A stretch of 64,000 bases of DNA from an uncultured Fibrobacterota bacterium (GCA_963753345.1 CAVWBU010000032.1:96001-160000); one strand, 5' to 3'. Counted from the stretch's first letter, positions 37,634-47,245 are shown. Made by a program: numbers and translations. The notes: a model not told the origin generated them from the letters alone.

Positions 37634-38194
37634 TTAAGCGCCCGGCGCGCCCGCGGCGGCCTTCATGGCGGCCTCGACGCCCTTGGAGAAATCGGTCGGG
37701 ACCGTGGTCATGCGGGCGGCCTTTTCCTTGTCGAGCAGGTACAGAGCGGCCGTGTCGGTCCCGATGAGCTTGAGCTGGGCAATGATATCGTTGTCGTTTT
37801 CCTCTTCTTCGGTCTGCTCGGTAACATACCACTGGAGAAACACTTCGGTGGCGTGATCTTTTTCCTTTACCGCCAGTTCCACCAGGTCGCCGATGCACTT
37901 GGTGATGAACTGTTCGTGGGCGAGCGTCTTGGTGAACATGTCCATGGGCGATTTGAACTCGGCCGGCGGCTCCTTGATGGAAAGCAGATTAATCTTGCCG
38001 CCCATCTTGATCACGTATTCGTAGAACTTCATGGCGTGCAGCATTTCCTCGTGGTACTGGACCATGAACCAGTTGGCGAACCCCTTGAGGCCCTTGAACG
38101 CGCAGTCGGCCGACATGGCCGAATACAGGTAAGCCGAGTACATTTCGTTGTTGATCTGGACGTTAAGCGCGTCTTCCATCTTCTTTGAGATCAT
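37634..38194 (-). CDS. ftnA: Non-heme ferritin
   Basis: LNVQINNEMYSAYLY, EEMLHA, HEQFIT and FLQWYVTEQTEEE motifs. Confidence 0.93.
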   Translation of the reverse strand: MISKKMEDALNVQINNEMYSAYLYSAMSADCAFKGLKGFANWFMVQYHEEMLHAMKFYEYVIKMGGKINLLSIKEPPAEFKSPMDMFTKTLAHEQFITKCIGDLVELAVKEKDHATEVFLQWYVTEQTEEEENDNDIIAQLKLIGTDTAALYLLDKEKAARMTTVPTDFSKGVEAAMKAAAGAPGA

Positions 38195-38471
38195 GCTATC
38201 CTCCTTTGATAAGCTGTGTTGGCGACCGTCATGCGTGCATCTTGATGATTACGTACCATGCGGCATGAAGGTTATCTTTGCAACCTAACAAACATAATAA
38301 AATGCACGGCCGATTTCATCATAAATCACGGGCAGTGATGGTTTAAGGATTGAAGACTGTCATTTCATTCCCTAAAGTATGGTAATAGCGCTTCGCGCTT
38401 TGCATTATGTCTATTGCCTCTTCTCCACAGCTTGCTGCGGGAGTCTTCAACTATTTTCATCATAATTATTT

Positions 38472-39452
38472 ATGAGCCATGTCCCGTCATACCAAAGTCT
38501 CTCCGCTTCCGAATGGGACGAGCGCATTGCAGCGGCAGAAGCGCTTTTCTCGCCGTGCATGCTGTGCCCGCGCAGATGTAAAGCGGACAGAAAGGCAGGG
38601 AAGAAGGGGCGCTGCGGGGCGGGAAATGAGCTTGTCATTTCGAGCATATTCCCGCATCACGGCGAGGAGCCGCCCGTTTCCGGCACGAAAGGATCGGGCA
38701 CGGTGTTTTTCGCGCATTGCTCGCTCCGGTGCTGCTTCTGCCAGAATTTCCAGATATCGCAGGAGGGTGAGGGCGAACCGTATACCGAGCAAAGGCTTGC
38801 AGAAAGAATGCTCTGGCTCCAGGGGAGCGGCGTTCACAATATCAACCTTGTGACGCCCACACATTTTCTGCCGCATATTCTTCGCTCGCTCAAGATCGCG
38901 GCGGCCGAAGGCCTTTCGCTTCCCATTGTCTGGAACTCAAGCGGCTACGAGCTTGCAGAGGCGCTTGCCCTGCTCAGGGGAATCGTGGATGTTTACTTAC
39001 CGGACATGAAATACGGGTCGAACGAATCGTCACAGCGGTACTGCGGCGCGCCGGACTACGTGGAAATGAATCAGGCCGCCGTGCGCGAAATGTTCCGCCA
39101 GGTGGGGCCGCTCAAAACCGACAGGGAGGGGATTGCATACCGGGGAATGTGCATACGGCACCTGGTGTTGCCGGAAGGCTGGGCGCATTCCAGAAAGATC
39201 TTCGATTTTCTGCGCAGCGCGTTCGATCCGGCAGACATCACCCTGAGCCTCATGGCGCAGTATCGCCCCCTGTACAGGGTAAAGGAGTTCCCGGAACTTC
39301 TGCGCGGAATTTCACGGGAAGAATACGATGTGGTGCTTGCGGAAGCGGAAGACGCCGGGATCAATGTGTTTCCCCAGGAGCTTGCGCTCCTCGACGAAAG
39401 CTTTTGCATCGATTTTACAACAAGGAAAAGCGAGCCGTTGACTGGGAGGTGA
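38472..39452 (+). CDS. Radical SAM protein, PflX-like
   Basis: CMLCPRRC, HHGEEPP, CSLRCCFCQN, YLPDMKY and IRHLVLP motifs. Confidence 0.9.
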   Translation: MSHVPSYQSLSASEWDERIAAAEALFSPCMLCPRRCKADRKAGKKGRCGAGNELVISSIFPHHGEEPPVSGTKGSGTVFFAHCSLRCCFCQNFQISQEGEGEPYTEQRLAERMLWLQGSGVHNINLVTPTHFLPHILRSLKIAAAEGLSLPIVWNSSGYELAEALALLRGIVDVYLPDMKYGSNESSQRYCGAPDYVEMNQAAVREMFRQVGPLKTDREGIAYRGMCIRHLVLPEGWAHSRKIFDFLRSAFDPADITLSLMAQYRPLYRVKEFPELLRGISREEYDVVLAEAEDAGINVFPQELALLDESFCIDFTTRKSEPLTGR

Positions 39453-39454
39453 AT

Positions 39455-39502
39455 GCGTTGGACCGTTCGAGTGTTGGTGCGTTAGAGTGTTCGAGCGTTA
39501 CC
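39455..39502. repeat. Degenerate octamer tandem repeat (x6)
   Basis: gcgttgga ccgttcga gtgttggt gcgttaga gtgttcga gcgttacc. Confidence 0.65.
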
Positions 39503-39521
39503 TCATCAACCCATTAACCTG

Positions 39522-39701
39522 TCACACGAACAGCTCTTCCAACAGCGACGAGGAGGATTTCTTGGGCTGCTTCCTGGGCTTCTCGCGTGATTCCCTGTCG
39601 ATGGCGTGTAAAAAGAACCGGGAAACGCTGTAGAGGAAGCCGGCGAAGAGAAGCGCCCACATTGTCAACCAGTACCAGGAGGGATTCTTCTTGAAGAGCA
39701 T
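39522..39701 (-). CDS. Small single-pass membrane protein (59 aa; absent from the ORF track)
   Basis: Translated by hand: MLFKKNPSWYWLTMWALLFAGFLYSVSRFFLHAIDRESREKPRKQPKKSSSSLLEELFV. Confidence 0.6.
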   Translation of the reverse strand: MLFKKNPSWYWLTMWALLFAGFLYSVSRFFLHAIDRESREKPRKQPKKSSSSLLEELFV

Positions 39702-39787
39702 TGCTACAACCCGTGTGAGTGGTAAAAGAGAAAGTTATTCCTATTCAATAATATAATTCATGCTTTCATTTGTGAAGGGGGAATCGC

Positions 39788-40249
39788 ATGGAATACGAAG
39801 TTGGACGTGCCGGAAAAATCGTGGTGATCCGCCTGAACGACGGCGATCCGATGTACTCGTCCATCGAGGCCGCGGCGGCGAAGGAAAGCATCGCAAGCGC
39901 CGCGGTGTGGCTCGTGGGAGGCATCAAGAACGCCGGCGTGGTGGTCGGGCCGAAGAAGGAGGATTCGTTCCCGCTGGAGGTGATCGAGAAACACTTTGCG
40001 GACGGCCGCGAGATCGCGGCCGTGGGCACGATATTCACCAATGCCGAGGGCAAGCCCAAGCTCCATATGCATGCGGCCATAGGCAAAGGGGACGAGGTCG
40101 TTGCAGGGTGTCCCCGCAAGGGCGCGGACTGCTGGCTGGTTGACGAAGTGATAATCATGGAGATACGCGGCCTGTCTGCGCGCCGCGTTAAGGAGGCAAA
40201 ATGCGGACTTGAGCTGTTGAGCATCCGGGCCGGAGCAAAAAAATCGTAG
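39788..40249 (+). CDS. PPC/DUF296 domain protein
   Basis: VIRLNDGD and PKLHMHAAIG motifs. Confidence 0.85.
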   Translation: MEYEVGRAGKIVVIRLNDGDPMYSSIEAAAAKESIASAAVWLVGGIKNAGVVVGPKKEDSFPLEVIEKHFADGREIAAVGTIFTNAEGKPKLHMHAAIGKGDEVVAGCPRKGADCWLVDEVIIMEIRGLSARRVKEAKCGLELLSIRAGAKKS

Positions 40250-40345
40250 GTTTCGCAAAGGTATTGTTTGCCGCGGCCGTATTCTTTTGATATTTTAGTT
40301 TATAGGGTCGCGAAGTCTTCAGCCTTTTCCTTTAGGAGGAATATC

Positions 40346-40885
40346 ATGATGAAGCGTGTGTCTGTCTTGTTCGCCGTGTCGCTTGCGTGTCTGCTGCTTG
40401 CCGCAGGATGTCAGAAAAAGGTCACCAAAGTCCAGGAGCCGGTGAAGCCGGCCGAACAGCCCGCGCCAAAGGCTGTCGAAGCCCCGGCGCCCGTGCAGCT
40501 TCCGGATTCCTTCAAAGTGGTGGACCTCGACGCAAAAATGAAGGAAATTCTTGTCCCGGTGTATTTCAACTACGACAAGTACGATCTGCTTCCCGAGAGC
40601 GTAACCAAACTCGAAAAGATCGCGCCCTTTTTGCAGAGCAACACCGCCATCCGCGTGCTCATCGAGGGCAACGCCGACGAGCGCGGGTCGGCCGAATACA
40701 ACGTGGGCCTCGGCGAAAGCCGCGCTCGTACCGTAAAGAACTACCTCACCACCTACGGCATCCCGGACACGCGCATGGAAATCACCTCGTACGGCAAGGA
40801 GCGGCCTGCGTTTCCCAATTGCGGGACGGATGAATCGTGTCATGCGAAGAATAGACGGGTTGAGTGGAAGATCCTGGCAAAGTAA
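40346..40885 (+). CDS. pal: Peptidoglycan-associated lipoprotein (OmpA family)
   Basis: Lipobox LAAGC; VYFNYD, IEGNADERGSAEYN, SYGKERP and NRRVE motifs. Confidence 0.9.
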   Translation: MMKRVSVLFAVSLACLLLAAGCQKKVTKVQEPVKPAEQPAPKAVEAPAPVQLPDSFKVVDLDAKMKEILVPVYFNYDKYDLLPESVTKLEKIAPFLQSNTAIRVLIEGNADERGSAEYNVGLGESRARTVKNYLTTYGIPDTRMEITSYGKERPAFPNCGTDESCHAKNRRVEWKILAK

Positions 40886-40903
40886 ATAATAATAGAAATA
40901 CTC

Positions 40904-41127
40904 TGGTGGGGGCACCACCTGACGGTGGTTCCCCCTGGCCCCCGGCTTCCGCCTCGGCACCTATCACATCCATCCCAATACGGCGGCGATCCGGGGGCAC
41001 ACTCCCTCCTGCGAAGGTGCGCGCGAGTTCGTTCGCTTGACACTCGCGAAGCGTCGCACCTTCGCAACGCAACCGTTGCGGTATACCCCCTCCGCCTCCG
41101 GCACCTCCCCCTGAAACAGGGGGAGGA
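40904..41127 (-). repeat. Structured intergenic repeat, module C copy 1
   Basis: A ~115-nt block is nearly identical to the one within 61972-62172; GGGGG…CCCCCT outer hairpin as in module B. Confidence 0.88.
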
Positions 41128-41301
41128 AAAACCAATAATAAGTTCGGAAATTCTCTAAAGTCAATAATCATAAAAGAATCCTCTCCCATCTCCACACCAT
41201 GGACGACGTCGAAAACACTGGCGTTTGAAAAGGTCCCTGCCCCTAATTATTGCTTTTCCGCATCGATGATACTATATTTTTACCAGAAAGGGATCGATAC
41301 G

Positions 41302-41511
41302 ATGCTCAGTTCGACCATATCCTCCAAGTTCCAGGTCGCCATTCCCAAGCGGGTGAGGGAGCAGCTCTGCCTTAAGGCGGGAACAAGGGTCCACGTCATT
41401 CCCTACCGCGACCGGATCGAGTTCATTCCCGTGCGTCCAATGAAATCCATGAGGGGTTTCATCAAACGGAAGTTCAGCAGCGCGATCATCCGGGAAAAGG
41501 ACCGTGTGTGA
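41302..41511 (+). CDS. AbrB/MazE/SpoVT-family antitoxin
   Basis: STISSKFQVAIPKRVREQL motif; 4-nt overlap with the PIN gene. Confidence 0.88.
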   Translation: MLSSTISSKFQVAIPKRVREQLCLKAGTRVHVIPYRDRIEFIPVRPMKSMRGFIKRKFSSAIIREKDRV

Positions 41512-41894
41512 ACCTCGTCGATTCCTCGGGTTGGATCGAGTACTTTCTGGATCTGCCCGGTGCCGCGCATTTCGCCCGGCCCATCGAGGATGAAAAAGAG
41601 CTCCTTGTCCCTTCAGTCTGCATCTACGAGGTCTTTCGGAAACTGCTCACCGAGACGGACGAGACCACCGCGCTTCAGGCGGTGACCCAGATGCAGCTGG
41701 GCAGGGTGGTGGAGCTTGACGAGGTCCTTGCAATCAACGCCGCCCGCCTCGGGTACGATCTCAAGCTCCCTTTTGCGGACAGCATCATCCTTGCCGCGGC
41801 CTTGATGCACCGGGCCACCCTCTACACTATGGACGAGCACTTCAAGGACAAGCCCTGGGTCAAGTACTTCCCCCACAAATCCAAACTTTCCTAG
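41508..41894 (+). CDS. vapC: PIN-domain VapC toxin
   Basis: VDSSGWIEYF, IYEV, ADSII and TMDEHF motifs. Confidence 0.9.
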   Translation: MNLVDSSGWIEYFLDLPGAAHFARPIEDEKELLVPSVCIYEVFRKLLTETDETTALQAVTQMQLGRVVELDEVLAINAARLGYDLKLPFADSIILAAALMHRATLYTMDEHFKDKPWVKYFPHKSKLS

Positions 41895-42021
41895 ATTTTT
41901 CTCACACGGCCTCCGGTTGAGGATCTCAATGAGGGCAAAGTCTATCTTTTGACTTGCGTGCTTCGTTGGTGAGAATTCCGGTTGGCGCGAAAAAAAGTAA
42001 TTGACTGAATAGAATTCTGCT

Positions 42022-42196
42022 GCCGCGCGTTAGGGGCGACCGGAAGCCGCTCTGGAGAGCGGTGCCGCCCGGACCTGGCCGCGTACCCGCGGCATTGGGC
42101 CGTGACGGCCCGAGGGCTTGCCCGAGACTGGAGGGAGAACCGCCCCCAGTGTAGAGACGCCACACCGTGGCGTCTCTACACTGGGGGAACGCCCAA
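42022..42196 (+). repeat. Structured intergenic repeat, module A copy 5
   Basis: GCCGCGCGTTAGGGGCGAC…GGGGGAACGCCCAA; the terminal stem is a perfect 21-bp inverted repeat. Confidence 0.9.
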
Positions 42197-42322
42197 TTTT
42201 TTTTGGTATTTGCTCAAACCTCCCTTTCCCTTGAAATCCCCCCCGGTAGCATATATTTTTGATGTTCTTTTTTGACATCACCATCTCCTTTCCATATTAA
42301 TACACACCTTTTGGAGGCTCCT

Positions 42323-45121
42323 ATGGCAAAGTACGTGTACTTTTTCGGCGGCGGCAAGGCCGACGGCAACGAATCGATGAAAAACCTTCTTGGCGGCAAG
42401 GGCGCGAATCTTGCCGAAATGGCCGGACACCCCAAGCTCCGGCTGCCTGTGCCTCCCGGCTTCACGGTCACCACCGAAGTCTGCACCTACTATTATGAGA
42501 ACAAAAAGACCTATCCCAAGGAGCTCAAAGGCCAGGTGAACAAGGCCATGGCCCAGGTTGAAAAACTCATGGGCAAGAAGTTCGGCGATCCCAACGACCC
42601 GCTGCTCATGTCGGTCCGCTCGGGCGCGCGCCGCTCCATGCCCGGCATGATGGACACGGTGCTCAACGTCGGGCTTAACGACGTCACCATCCAGGGTCTT
42701 ATCGCCAAAACCAACAACCCGCGCTTCGCCTACGACGCCTACCGCAGGCTCGTGATGATGTATGCGGACGTTGTCATGGAAAAAGCCGCTGGTATCGAGC
42801 TCGAAGGCGGCAAGGGAATTCGCAAATTGATGGATGAGAGACTTGGCGAGGTCAAGAAACAAAAGGGCTACAAGATCGACACGGACCTGACAGCCGACGA
42901 TCTCAAGGCGCTTGTGGCGGAGTTCAAGCAGATGGTGAAAGACCATCTCGGCCAGTCGTTCCCGGAAACACCTGAGGAACAGTTGTGGGGCGGCATCGGC
43001 GCGGTGTTCATGAGCTGGAACGGCAAGCGCGCGGTCGACTACCGACGCATCGAGAAGATACCGGACGACTGGGGAACTGCGGTCAATGTGCAGAGCATGG
43101 TGTTCGGCAACATGGGCGAGGATTCGGCCACGGGCGTCGCCTTCACGCGCAACCCGGGCAACGGCGACAACCACTTTTACGGCGAATACCTCATCAACGC
43201 GCAGGGTGAAGACGTGGTGGCCGGCATCCGCACGCCCGCTCCCATCAATGCGCAATCGGCAAACGACCAGAGCAGGAACCTTCCCACGCTCGAAAGCGCA
43301 TTTCCTGAATGCTACAAGCAGCTCTTTGCGTTCCAGAACGGGCTCGAAAAGCATTACAAAGACATGCAGGACATCGAATTCACCATTGAAAAAGGCAAGC
43401 TGTACATGCTGCAATGCCGCGTTGGAAAACGCAACGGCGTTGCCGCGGTGCGCATGGCCGTTGACATGTACAAAGAAAAATTGATCGACGCAAATACCGC
43501 CATCATGCGCGTTGGCCCCAACCAGCTCGTGGAGCTCCTGCTGCCCATGATCGATCCCAAGGCGGAAAGCGCCACGTCGCCGATTGCCAAGGGACTTCCT
43601 GCAGGCCCGGGCGGCGCCAAGGGTCGCGCGGTGTTCACGTCGAAGGACGCGGTGGCATGGGCCGAGCGCGGGGAGAAGGTTATTCTTGTCCGTGAAGAAA
43701 CTTCTCCCGAAGACGTTGACGGCATGCACAAGGCCCAGGCCATTCTCACGGCCAAGGGCGGCATGACCTCGCATGCCGCGCTCGTTGCGCGCGGCTGGGG
43801 CAAGTGCTGCGTGGTCGGGTGCGCCGACATCGAGGTCGGCAACGACAACAAGCACTTTACAACCAAGAAGGGCGTCAGCATCAAGGAAGGCGACTGGCTC
43901 ACGCTCAACGGCACCAAAGGCACGGTGTATCAGGGCGGCCTGTCGCTCATCGACGTGGACCTCGCCACGAACACCACCTACAAGGACCTCATGGCGCTTG
44001 TCGACAAAACGCGCGTGCTCAAAGTGCGCACCAATGCCGACACGCCCAAGGACGCCAAAAAGGCCGTGGAGTTCGGCGCGGAGGGCATCGGCCTGTTCCG
44101 CACCGAGCACATGTTCTACGGCGAGGGCTCCGACAAGCCGCTGTTCCTCCTTCGCAAGATGATCATGAGCAAGACGCTTGACGAGCGCAAGGCTGCGCTG
44201 GCCGAGCTGTTCCCGTTCGTCAAAAGCGACATCAAGGCCACCATGGAGGCCATGGGCGGCAGGCCGGTAACCATCCGGCTGCTCGACCCGCCGCTGCACG
44301 AGTTCGTGCCGCACGCGGCCGACAAGCTCGAGGCGCTCGGGCGCGAGCTGCACGTGGACGCGGCGGAGCTTCACAAACGCGCCGAGGGCCTGCGGGAGAA
44401 CAACCCCATGCTCGGTCACCGCGGCGTGCGCCTCGGCATCACGTATCCCGAGATCACCGAGATGCAGGTGCGCGCCATTCTCGAAGCGGCCGGCGAGCTC
44501 ATCAAGGAGGGCAAGGAGGCGAATCCCGAGATCATGATTCCGGTCACCTGCACGGTCGCGGAAATCAATGACCAGAAGGTCATTGTGGACCGCGTGTATC
44601 CGGAAGTTTGCGCGAAAGTGGGACTCAAGAAGATCCCGTTCATGTACGGCACCATGATCGAAATCCCGCGCGCCGCGCTCACGGCCAACAAAATGGCGCA
44701 GACCGCGGAATTCTTTTCGTTCGGCACCAACGACCTCACGCAGATGGGCTTCGGCTTCTCGCGCGACGACATCGGCAGCTTTTTGCCCGATTATCTCAAC
44801 AAGAAGACCCTGCCGGCCGACCCGTTCCAGACCATCGATCAGGAAGGGATCGGCGAGCTCATCAAGATCGGCATCGAGCGCGGACGCTCGGTGCGGCCGA
44901 AGCTCAAGGTCGGGATATGCGGCGAGCACGGCGGCGATGCGGATTCGGTCAAGTTCTGCCACCGCGTGGGCATGAATTATGTTTCCTGTTCGCCCTTCCG
45001 CGTACCCATTGCCCGGCTGGCGGCCGCGCAGGCGGCAGTGGAGGCTTCGGTAAAAACGAAGAAGCCCGCACAGAAGAAAGCCGGCAAGGCGAAGAAATCT
45101 TCTTCCAAGAAGAGAAAGTAA
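42323..45121 (+). CDS. ppdK: Pyruvate, phosphate dikinase
   Basis: LLGGKGANLAEM, SVRSGA, GGMTSHAA, GLFRTEHMF and GICGEHGG motifs. Confidence 0.98.
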   Translation: MAKYVYFFGGGKADGNESMKNLLGGKGANLAEMAGHPKLRLPVPPGFTVTTEVCTYYYENKKTYPKELKGQVNKAMAQVEKLMGKKFGDPNDPLLMSVRSGARRSMPGMMDTVLNVGLNDVTIQGLIAKTNNPRFAYDAYRRLVMMYADVVMEKAAGIELEGGKGIRKLMDERLGEVKKQKGYKIDTDLTADDLKALVAEFKQMVKDHLGQSFPETPEEQLWGGIGAVFMSWNGKRAVDYRRIEKIPDDWGTAVNVQSMVFGNMGEDSATGVAFTRNPGNGDNHFYGEYLINAQGEDVVAGIRTPAPINAQSANDQSRNLPTLESAFPECYKQLFAFQNGLEKHYKDMQDIEFTIEKGKLYMLQCRVGKRNGVAAVRMAVDMYKEKLIDANTAIMRVGPNQLVELLLPMIDPKAESATSPIAKGLPAGPGGAKGRAVFTSKDAVAWAERGEKVILVREETSPEDVDGMHKAQAILTAKGGMTSHAALVARGWGKCCVVGCADIEVGNDNKHFTTKKGVSIKEGDWLTLNGTKGTVYQGGLSLIDVDLATNTTYKDLMALVDKTRVLKVRTNADTPKDAKKAVEFGAEGIGLFRTEHMFYGEGSDKPLFLLRKMIMSKTLDERKAALAELFPFVKSDIKATMEAMGGRPVTIRLLDPPLHEFVPHAADKLEALGRELHVDAAELHKRAEGLRENNPMLGHRGVRLGITYPEITEMQVRAILEAAGELIKEGKEANPEIMIPVTCTVAEINDQKVIVDRVYPEVCAKVGLKKIPFMYGTMIEIPRAALTANKMAQTAEFFSFGTNDLTQMGFGFSRDDIGSFLPDYLNKKTLPADPFQTIDQEGIGELIKIGIERGRSVRPKLKVGICGEHGGDADSVKFCHRVGMNYVSCSPFRVPIARLAAAQAAVEASVKTKKPAQKKAGKAKKSSSKKRK

Positions 45122-45164
45122 GGCCGAAAGCTAAACGCACCTATTGACAAGGTCGTTCATATGT

Positions 45165-45202
45165 AAAGGGCGGGATCAGCGGATCTTGCCCTTTTCTTTT
45201 TT
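45165..45202 (+). terminator. Intrinsic terminator after ppdK
   Basis: AAAGGGCGGGATC-agcg-GATCTTGCCCTTT followed by a T-rich tract. Confidence 0.8.
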
Positions 45203-45263
45203 CAACAAGAAAACGTCCGGTCCGGCTCTTTTTACCATTTTCAATAGAAACGAGGTTGCATCA

Positions 45264-46025
45264 GTGAAGCAATCCTTCATTGCCTTGGCGATTGCCGCCG
45301 CAGTTTTTCTGTCCCTGTCGGGCTGTTCGTCCGACAAAAAAGTCACCGCGCTTACCACCCAGGACCAGAAGGTGAGCTACATGTTCGGCCTCAACATGGG
45401 CGGATATCTCAAGAAGCTCGATATCAAGGTGGACCGTGCCGCGCTGATCCAGGGAATAACCGACACCTTGTCGGGCGCGAAACCGCTCCTGACGTCGGAG
45501 CAGGTGATGGCCCTCCAGCAGGAATTTTCCAAGACGATGCAGGAGAAGCAGATGGCCGAGATTAAGGCGCTGAGCGAAAAGAACGGCAAGGAAGGCTCGG
45601 AATTTCTGGAAAAGAACAAGAAGGAAAAGGGTGTTATCACCACCGCATCCGGCCTGCAGTACACTATTCTCAAGCAGGGCACGGGCGCCAAGCCCACCGC
45701 GACGGATGTCGTGTCGGTGAACTATCGCGGGACATTTATTGACGGAAAAGAATTCGACAATTCGTACACCCGCGGCCAGCCCGCCACGTTCCCGGTGACC
45801 GGCGTCATCCCCGGATGGACCGAGGCGCTGCAGCTCATGCAGGTGGGCACCAAGGCGAAGCTGTTCGTGCCCGGGAAACTCGGCTACGGCGAACGCGGCA
45901 TGGGTCAGCAGATACCTCCCAACAAGACGCTTCTTTTCGAAGTGGAGCTGCTTTCGATCCAGCCGAAAACCGCGGCCGCGCCGGCCGGCGCGACTCCCGC
46001 AGGAGCACAGAAGAAGATAAAGTGA
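45264..46025 (+). CDS. FKBP-type peptidyl-prolyl isomerase lipoprotein (FkpA/Mip-like)
   Basis: Lipobox LSGC; TASGLQY, VIPGWTEAL and LLFEVELL motifs. Confidence 0.93.
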   Translation: MKQSFIALAIAAAVFLSLSGCSSDKKVTALTTQDQKVSYMFGLNMGGYLKKLDIKVDRAALIQGITDTLSGAKPLLTSEQVMALQQEFSKTMQEKQMAEIKALSEKNGKEGSEFLEKNKKEKGVITTASGLQYTILKQGTGAKPTATDVVSVNYRGTFIDGKEFDNSYTRGQPATFPVTGVIPGWTEALQLMQVGTKAKLFVPGKLGYGERGMGQQIPPNKTLLFEVELLSIQPKTAAAPAGATPAGAQKKIK

Positions 46026-46204
46026 GCGAACAGAAGTTTTGTTGATGGAACCATGCGGCTCGCAAAGGATTGCGGGCCGCATTTCATTTTTCCGGAACGT
46101 GCGGGGAGCACCGATCTTCAACAGCCGCTATTTGTTGGTAGGTTATGGTGAAGAATGTATTTTTTATAATTGTGTGAGGGAAGACATTCTATGGAGACAA
46201 CCCG

Positions 46205-46579
46205 ATGCCGGTGAGAGTACTTGTCGCGGATGATAATCTCGATGTCCAGGAGCTGGTGAACGACATTCTCATCATCAATTTCAAGGACGTTTCCGTGGAA
46301 CGGGTGCTCGATGCCAACGGGCTTCGCGAAGAACTCGGGGCGGCAAAACGGCCCTACGACCTGATCATTGTGGCCTCGGGTCTTGCCGATCCGCAGGGAA
46401 AGTCGGCTCCTGCCATAATCCGGGAGGAATTCCGGGCCGTCAGCGGCAAGACGGTGATCCTCGAAGACGCCCCCGGCCAGGTCAAGCGCGGTCCGGGCAC
46501 GGCGGGCATTCCCGTCCTCACCAAGCCCTTCTCCCTCGACGAATTCGGCGATTGCGTCAGAAAAATATGCCCCCGCTGA
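46205..46579 (+). CDS. Single-domain response-regulator receiver (atypical)
   Basis: VLVADD…YDLIIV…LTKPFSLDE. Confidence 0.8.
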   Translation: MPVRVLVADDNLDVQELVNDILIINFKDVSVERVLDANGLREELGAAKRPYDLIIVASGLADPQGKSAPAIIREEFRAVSGKTVILEDAPGQVKRGPGTAGIPVLTKPFSLDEFGDCVRKICPR

Positions 46580-46609
46580 CGCAGTTGCATCGGTAACGAG
46601 GAGGCCGCC

Positions 46610-47245
46610 ATGGCCCTTGCCCTTTCGCGGGGAGATTCCATCCTTTTCATCGGCGACAGCATCACCGACTGCGGCAGGCGCGCCGGCCAGGTGGGCCCCA
46701 TGGGCCGCGGGTATCCGCTGCTGGTGTCGTCGAGGCTGTCCGCAAAGTTCCCTCACCTCGGTCTCTCTTTTGTCAATAAAGGAATTTCCGGCGACAGGAT
46801 AAAGGACCTGGCCGCGAGATGGGGGCGGGACGCAGTTGCCCTGCGGCCGACCATCATCTCGATTCTCGCGGGCGTCAACGACACCTGGAGGAGATTCGAC
46901 AGCGGCGAGGAGACCCCTGCCGCGGAGTTCGAAGCGGTCTTCCGCCGGATTCTCGAGGCCACGCGTCGGGAAACCTCGGCCGCGCTGGTGCTCTGCGAGC
47001 CGTTTGTGGTGCCGTGCGGGCTCGTTACCGGCGCTTGGCGCCAAGACCTCGATCCGAAGATCGCGGCAGTGCGGGAGCTTGCCGCCGAGTTCGGCGCAAT
47101 CCTCGTTCCGCTCGACGAACTATTCACCGCGGCCGCTGCCGAGGCGGCTCCCGGATACTGGGCCGAAGACGGCGTTCACCCGACCAATGCCGGCCACGGA
47201 CTCATCGCGCAGGCGTGGCTCAGGCATGTGCTTGACATAGAGTAA
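46610..47245 (+). CDS. SGNH/GDSL hydrolase
   Basis: FIGDSIT, NKGISG, GVND and DGVHP blocks. Confidence 0.93.
   Translation: MALALSRGDSILFIGDSITDCGRRAGQVGPMGRGYPLLVSSRLSAKFPHLGLSFVNKGISGDRIKDLAARWGRDAVALRPTIISILAGVNDTWRRFDSGEETPAAEFEAVFRRILEATRRETSAALVLCEPFVVPCGLVTGAWRQDLDPKIAAVRELAAEFGAILVPLDELFTAAAAEAAPGYWAEDGVHPTNAGHGLIAQAWLRHVLDIE

Noticed and set aside
38200-38470. Fur box or riboswitch upstream of ferritin
   Set aside because: The region is AT-rich, but I could identify no convincing GATAATGATAATCATTATC-like palindrome or aptamer consensus.
42278-44962. Long antisense ORF (894 aa) and similar shadow ORFs over uvrD, GH57 and aspS
   Set aside because: They mirror well-conserved genes on the opposite strand, which is expected in GC-rich coding DNA; no recognisable motifs.
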